From an uncultured Candidatus Saccharibacteria bacterium (lineage in GTDB: Bacteria > Patescibacteriota > Doudnabacteria > UBA920), in NCBI GenBank assembly GCA_964473815.1, contig CAYYQK010000001.1:179845-243844 (forward strand): DNA of 64,000 nucleotides, read 5' to 3'. Positions 60,846-64,000 of this stretch are shown here, in pieces (the first letter of the stretch is position 1; each line of letters opens with the position of its first letter). The position numbers and the translations under genes were made by a program. The notes under the pieces were generated by a model. That model worked only from the letters and a program-made list of their open reading frames with translations, did no database searches and had not been told where the DNA came from.

Positions 60846-60849
60846 AAAT

Positions 60850-61221
60850 TTATTGAGTTAATTGTTGTATGTCGCTAGGTTTGATTTGTTGAATTTGTTG
60901 CGGAGTTACACCAGCTCCACCAAGCAAGGCTTTGCCCATAATAATCGTGAAGATTAAAGAAATTACCGTGATTGCCATACATACATAAGCAGTTTGCTTG
61001 CCATCACTTTTGTCACTGGCATAGTAATATATTCCAAACAAAAATCCTGATAATGGTATGCCAATGGATATTAAGTAAGCCCAACGCTTAGCTTTGGTTG
61101 AAACCCGATTTTCATAATCTTGGGTTAACGCATTTTCCAATAAAGCCGCTGTGTCGATGTTCTTATCCTTGGCTAATTCAGCGTAATCGCTTACTAAACT
61201 TTCTAATTTTTCGTCAGACAT
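60850..61221 (-). CDS. Hypothetical membrane protein
   Basis: Two hydrophobic segments; 4-nt gap to the DinB gene. Confidence 0.7.
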   Translation of the reverse strand: MSDEKLESLVSDYAELAKDKNIDTAALLENALTQDYENRVSTKAKRWAYLISIGIPLSGFLFGIYYYASDKSDGKQTAYVCMAITVISLIFTIIMGKALLGGAGVTPQQIQQIKPSDIQQLTQ

Positions 61222-61248
61222 AAAAAAGAATACCCTTTCGGGTATTCT
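61222..61248 (-). terminator. Intrinsic terminator after the repeat-protein gene
   Basis: AGAATACCC-N4-GGGTATTCT plus U-tract. Confidence 0.75.
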
Positions 61249-61263
61249 AGCATTTTCTCAAGT

Positions 61264-62634
61264 TTAATTAAATATCAGCTTGCGTTTTTTGATCGCGAGG
61301 AATATCAAAGTGATAAACCCTGCAAAAACCAATGGAGCGGTTTTATCTACACCAGTTTTTGGAGCGACATAGGTTGGAGTTGTGGCTGCAGTACGAGTCG
61401 GATTGGTTGTTTCTGCAGAATAATTAGCATAAGAAGCCTGATAACCGCTAGCATCATAATTAGATGCGGAAGTAGAAACTCCTGACCAATCTGAGAATGG
61501 ATTTGAAGTAGTTGTAGAATTATTTACCCCAGACCAGTCCTGAAATGGGTTTGAGGCAGATGAGGAGTTATTTACTCCGGACCAACCAGCGAACGGATTA
61601 TTAGCAGAAGTATTGCTTAAGTTATTCACACCGGTCCAATCGCCAAATGGATTGTTATTAGAATTAGATTGTGGGGTTGGAGTAACTGTGGTTACGCCCA
61701 TATTGTTTACACCAGACCAATCACCAAATGGATTATTATTAGTATTAACAGGAGCTGGGGTAACAGTTGTAGAACCCATATTATTTACACCGGTCCAGTC
61801 GCCGAACGGATTGCTGTTGGTAGTAACTGTAGTGGTTGTGGCTGAGTTTGTTGTTCCAGAATTATTCACACCAGTCCAGCCAGCGAATGGATTTGAAGAT
61901 GTATAATTAGTATTATTGTTGTTATTTGTGTAGACAGCCTGAACCTGGTTCAAACACGTAGAAGTGTTGTTTGCGTACGAATAGGTAAACTGAGAATCTT
62001 GAGTTTGAATAATTACTGCATCACTAGCGGAACCAACTCCTGCAGAATAAGCATAGGCGCGTAGAGAACTATACGAACCACCACATACATAGACTTGGTA
62101 AATAATTGTTGCAGTGCCCTTGGCTGGGATTGTAATGTACAATCCGCCCGAAGTTAAATCGCCAGATGCCGAAGTTGCACCGGTCAATCTATAGGTACCA
62201 GTTTTATAAACTGAGCTGTATCCCATTTCATCGGTCACAACTACAGGAGCTGGATTTTTTGAATTATTTTTTACTTCAATTAAAACTTCCACGATTGCGC
62301 CAGAACGTACAAGTGCACTTTCGTGATAATTATCATCTTGGCCAATGCGGCGCACTTTCTTATTGATTTTAATATTACCGTCGTTATAACCAGAGGTTGA
62401 AGAATATGGATCAGAATACCCGTACGACCCATAAGATCCGTAAGATGAGCCCCGACTACCCAAAATACCACCAATAGGATAACCGCCATAGGTGCCATAA
62501 CTACCGTACGAACCATTAGTAGAACCACCAAAAATGTCCGTCCAATCAGCCTTCACTTGCCCTGGCATGGCAAAAACACCCATAAACATAAGGGTTATTA
62601 ACAAATATATAGTTTTAGAGATGAATTGCTTCAT
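61264..62634 (-). CDS. Secreted surface protein: SYG low-complexity region, DUF11-like Ig domain, NPFxxW[ST]GV repeats, LPxTG-like anchor
   Basis: Signal peptide ending VKA; C-terminal APKTG plus TM plus KKRK. Confidence 0.75.
   Translation of the reverse strand: MKQFISKTIYLLITLMFMGVFAMPGQVKADWTDIFGGSTNGSYGSYGTYGGYPIGGILGSRGSSYGSYGSYGYSDPYSSTSGYNDGNIKINKKVRRIGQDDNYHESALVRSGAIVEVLIEVKNNSKNPAPVVVTDEMGYSSVYKTGTYRLTGATSASGDLTSGGLYITIPAKGTATIIYQVYVCGGSYSSLRAYAYSAGVGSASDAVIIQTQDSQFTYSYANNTSTCLNQVQAVYTNNNNNTNYTSSNPFAGWTGVNNSGTTNSATTTTVTTNSNPFGDWTGVNNMGSTTVTPAPVNTNNNPFGDWSGVNNMGVTTVTPTPQSNSNNNPFGDWTGVNNLSNTSANNPFAGWSGVNNSSSASNPFQDWSGVNNSTTTSNPFSDWSGVSTSASNYDASGYQASYANYSAETTNPTRTAATTPTYVAPKTGVDKTAPLVFAGFITLIFLAIKKRKLIFN
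61471..61893 (-). repeat. Seven coding repeats NPFx[DG]W[TS]GVNN (last ends GVST)
   Basis: Direct reading of the protein; 11-aa cores separated by variable S/T/N/P linkers. Confidence 0.92.
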
Positions 62635-62669
62635 AGCTGGTAAATTAACTTATATTTAACTGACTTTCT

Positions 62670-62698
62670 ATTCTACTATATTTCCGTACTTTTGTCAA
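62670..62698 (-). promoter_or_regulatory. Promoter of the repeat-protein gene
   Basis: TTGACA-17-TAGAAT. Confidence 0.75.
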
Positions 62699-62700
62699 GT

Positions 62701-62725
62701 AAAAAACCGCCATTTAGGCGGTTTT
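62701..62725. terminator. Terminator after the GlsB-family gene
   Basis: AAAACCGCC...GGCGGTTTT. Confidence 0.8.
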
Positions 62726-62738
62726 GTATTTCCGGCGT

Positions 62739-63005
62739 TTAGGTTGTTCGTGTGCCAGCACCGCGGATCGCCTTTACAATTGCTATCAATACTACTGCTC
62801 CGACAATTGCTACTAGCAAACTGTACAAGTTGAATCCTGATACTCCCCCAGCTCCGAGAGCATTCATAATGAAGCCACCAACGATTGCGCCGATGATACC
62901 CACAACAATGTTCATAATTGCACCTTGCTGAGCATCAGTACGCATAATCATTGAAGCGATCCAACCGGCTAATGCGCCAAAGATAATCCAAAGTATAATT
63001 CCCAT
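62739..63005 (-). CDS. GlsB/YeaQ/YmgE stress membrane protein
   Basis: WIIFGALAGWIA...NIVVGIIGAIVGG...AIVGAVVL. Confidence 0.92.
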   Translation of the reverse strand: MGIILWIIFGALAGWIASMIMRTDAQQGAIMNIVVGIIGAIVGGFIMNALGAGGVSGFNLYSLLVAIVGAVVLIAIVKAIRGAGTRTT

Positions 63006-63043
63006 AAATTTAAAGTTTAATTAATTGTTTAAGTTATTAATAA

Positions 63044-63289
63044 TTATTGAGTTGTAGTCGCGCTACCAGAACCTGATCCAGATGGAGTTTTTACATTCAC
63101 ATCGTAAGACTTAGAACTTGAGCTTGTACTGCTCGAACTTGAGCCAGTGTGACGGATTGCAGGTAAACCGTAGACAAAGAACAAGACCAGAACGACTACT
63201 AATACAATTGCACCTATTAAAGTTCCCATGCCGGTGCCGCGAGCTTCACCAACTTCTGCAGTTGGCGGATTATTGATTACTGTTGCCAT
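63044..63289 (-). CDS. Small single-TM protein with Ser-rich tail
   Basis: AAGGA RBS; TM LIGAIVLVVVLVLFFVYGLP. Confidence 0.7.
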   Translation of the reverse strand: MATVINNPPTAEVGEARGTGMGTLIGAIVLVVVLVLFFVYGLPAIRHTGSSSSSTSSSSKSYDVNVKTPSGSGSGSATTTQ

Positions 63290-63307
63290 ATTTATCCTTT
63301 CTTTTAT

Positions 63308-63709
63308 TTAATCTTGTTGGCGCAGCCGGGCTTCTGCCTCGGTCTGCGATACTGGTCTACTCATTGCCACAAGCTTTACGATTGCTAACGCAATGAGAAA
63401 GTAAACCAACATAGCCAACAATGTAGTCCACTCCAATGTACTGCCCACTGTAGTATATGCAGGGGCAGTTGGAATTCGGAACACATTCAAGAACGGTGCT
63501 ACGAATGGCTGAGAAATCGAGTAAATGAAATTGGTAAACCCTGCTTGCGGATTTGCAGCCAAAAGTTTTAGCACAAATCTAAATGCGAGCAAAGCCTCTA
63601 GAATACCAACCATATACCAGACTAACTGAGTCACTCGAAACAATGGTCTAGTCACATATGGTGACGTGCGCGTATTGGTCGATGATGTCGTTACATATGT
63701 TGTTGCCAT
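63308..63709 (-). CDS. YggT family membrane protein
   Basis: LLAFRFVLKLLAAN...FIYSISQPFVAPF. Confidence 0.85.
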   Translation of the reverse strand: MATTYVTTSSTNTRTSPYVTRPLFRVTQLVWYMVGILEALLAFRFVLKLLAANPQAGFTNFIYSISQPFVAPFLNVFRIPTAPAYTTVGSTLEWTTLLAMLVYFLIALAIVKLVAMSRPVSQTEAEARLRQQD

Positions 63710-63772
63710 AATCCCTTAATTAATGATTACGGTTAAATCATAAGAAAGGGTTATGAAAAGATCATGAAACGA

Positions 63773-64000
63773 CTATTTTATTTTTTTGGCAAGTGTAGTA
63801 TCGGCAAACTTATGCAGGATTTTCCAATGGCCGTTATTTTGAAGTTCTTCAAAAAATTGCTGACTGGTTTTACTTTGAAGATGGTTGTTGGCCAGAAATA
63901 AAATGCCGCTTTGCTTCAGGAGGCGTTCGTATTCTGGTAAAAACTGATAATGGATTTGGAATCCATCGAAAAAAATAAAATCGTACTGGTTGATTGCTGA
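63773..64000 (-). CDS. Class I SAM-dependent (O-)methyltransferase, C-terminal part, truncated by the window edge
   Basis: Hand translation YDFIFFDG...YERLLKQSGILFLANN. Confidence 0.7.
   Translation of the reverse strand, partial: SAINQYDFIFFDGFQIHYQFLPEYERLLKQSGILFLANNHLQSKTSQQFFEELQNNGHWKILHKFADTTLAKKIK

Noticed and set aside
61471-61893. Spaced ~33-nt repeats resembling a CRISPR array
   Set aside because: In-frame coding repeats that vary at synonymous positions, linkers are multiples of 3, and no cas genes are present

Overview
Gene-dense bacterial chromosomal segment with nearly all genes on the minus strand and standard code 11. The gene content looks like Patescibacteria/CPR (Parcubacteria-like; this is inference): a sigma4-HARE-HTH protein, a VirD4/TraD-like ATPase with its partner, DUF4012, a reduced RNase P RNA and a compact F-ATPase. 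Core content: complete atpIBEFHAGDC operon, lepA, secA, secDF, a cell-wall cluster (dac, mraY, murD, ftsW, murJ), a glycan/peptidoglycan operon (priming sugar transferase, three GT4, murG, patatin, Mpl/MurC-type ligase), trxA, uppS, pepN, hpf, a short CCA-adding enzyme, a UvrD-nuclease fusion, rmuC, five tRNAs and rnpB. I found no CRISPR array, integrase or transposase. The ORF track missed or truncated a 50-aa histone-H1/protamine-like K/R/A/P protein with a structured leader, a 33-aa membrane peptide after lepA and a frameshifted NUDIX gene. The most unusual items are a cell-surface protein with SYG low-complexity and seven NPFxxW[ST]GV repeats plus an LPxTG-like anchor, a tethered double-pilin protein with Ca-binding repeats, a catalytically degenerate D-aminoacylase between mraY and murD, an Mpl-like ligase with a patatin after murG, a kinase-like orphan in a nuclease-rich run, and several apparently leaderless transcripts. 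All calls come from motif recognition by eye; no database searches were run.
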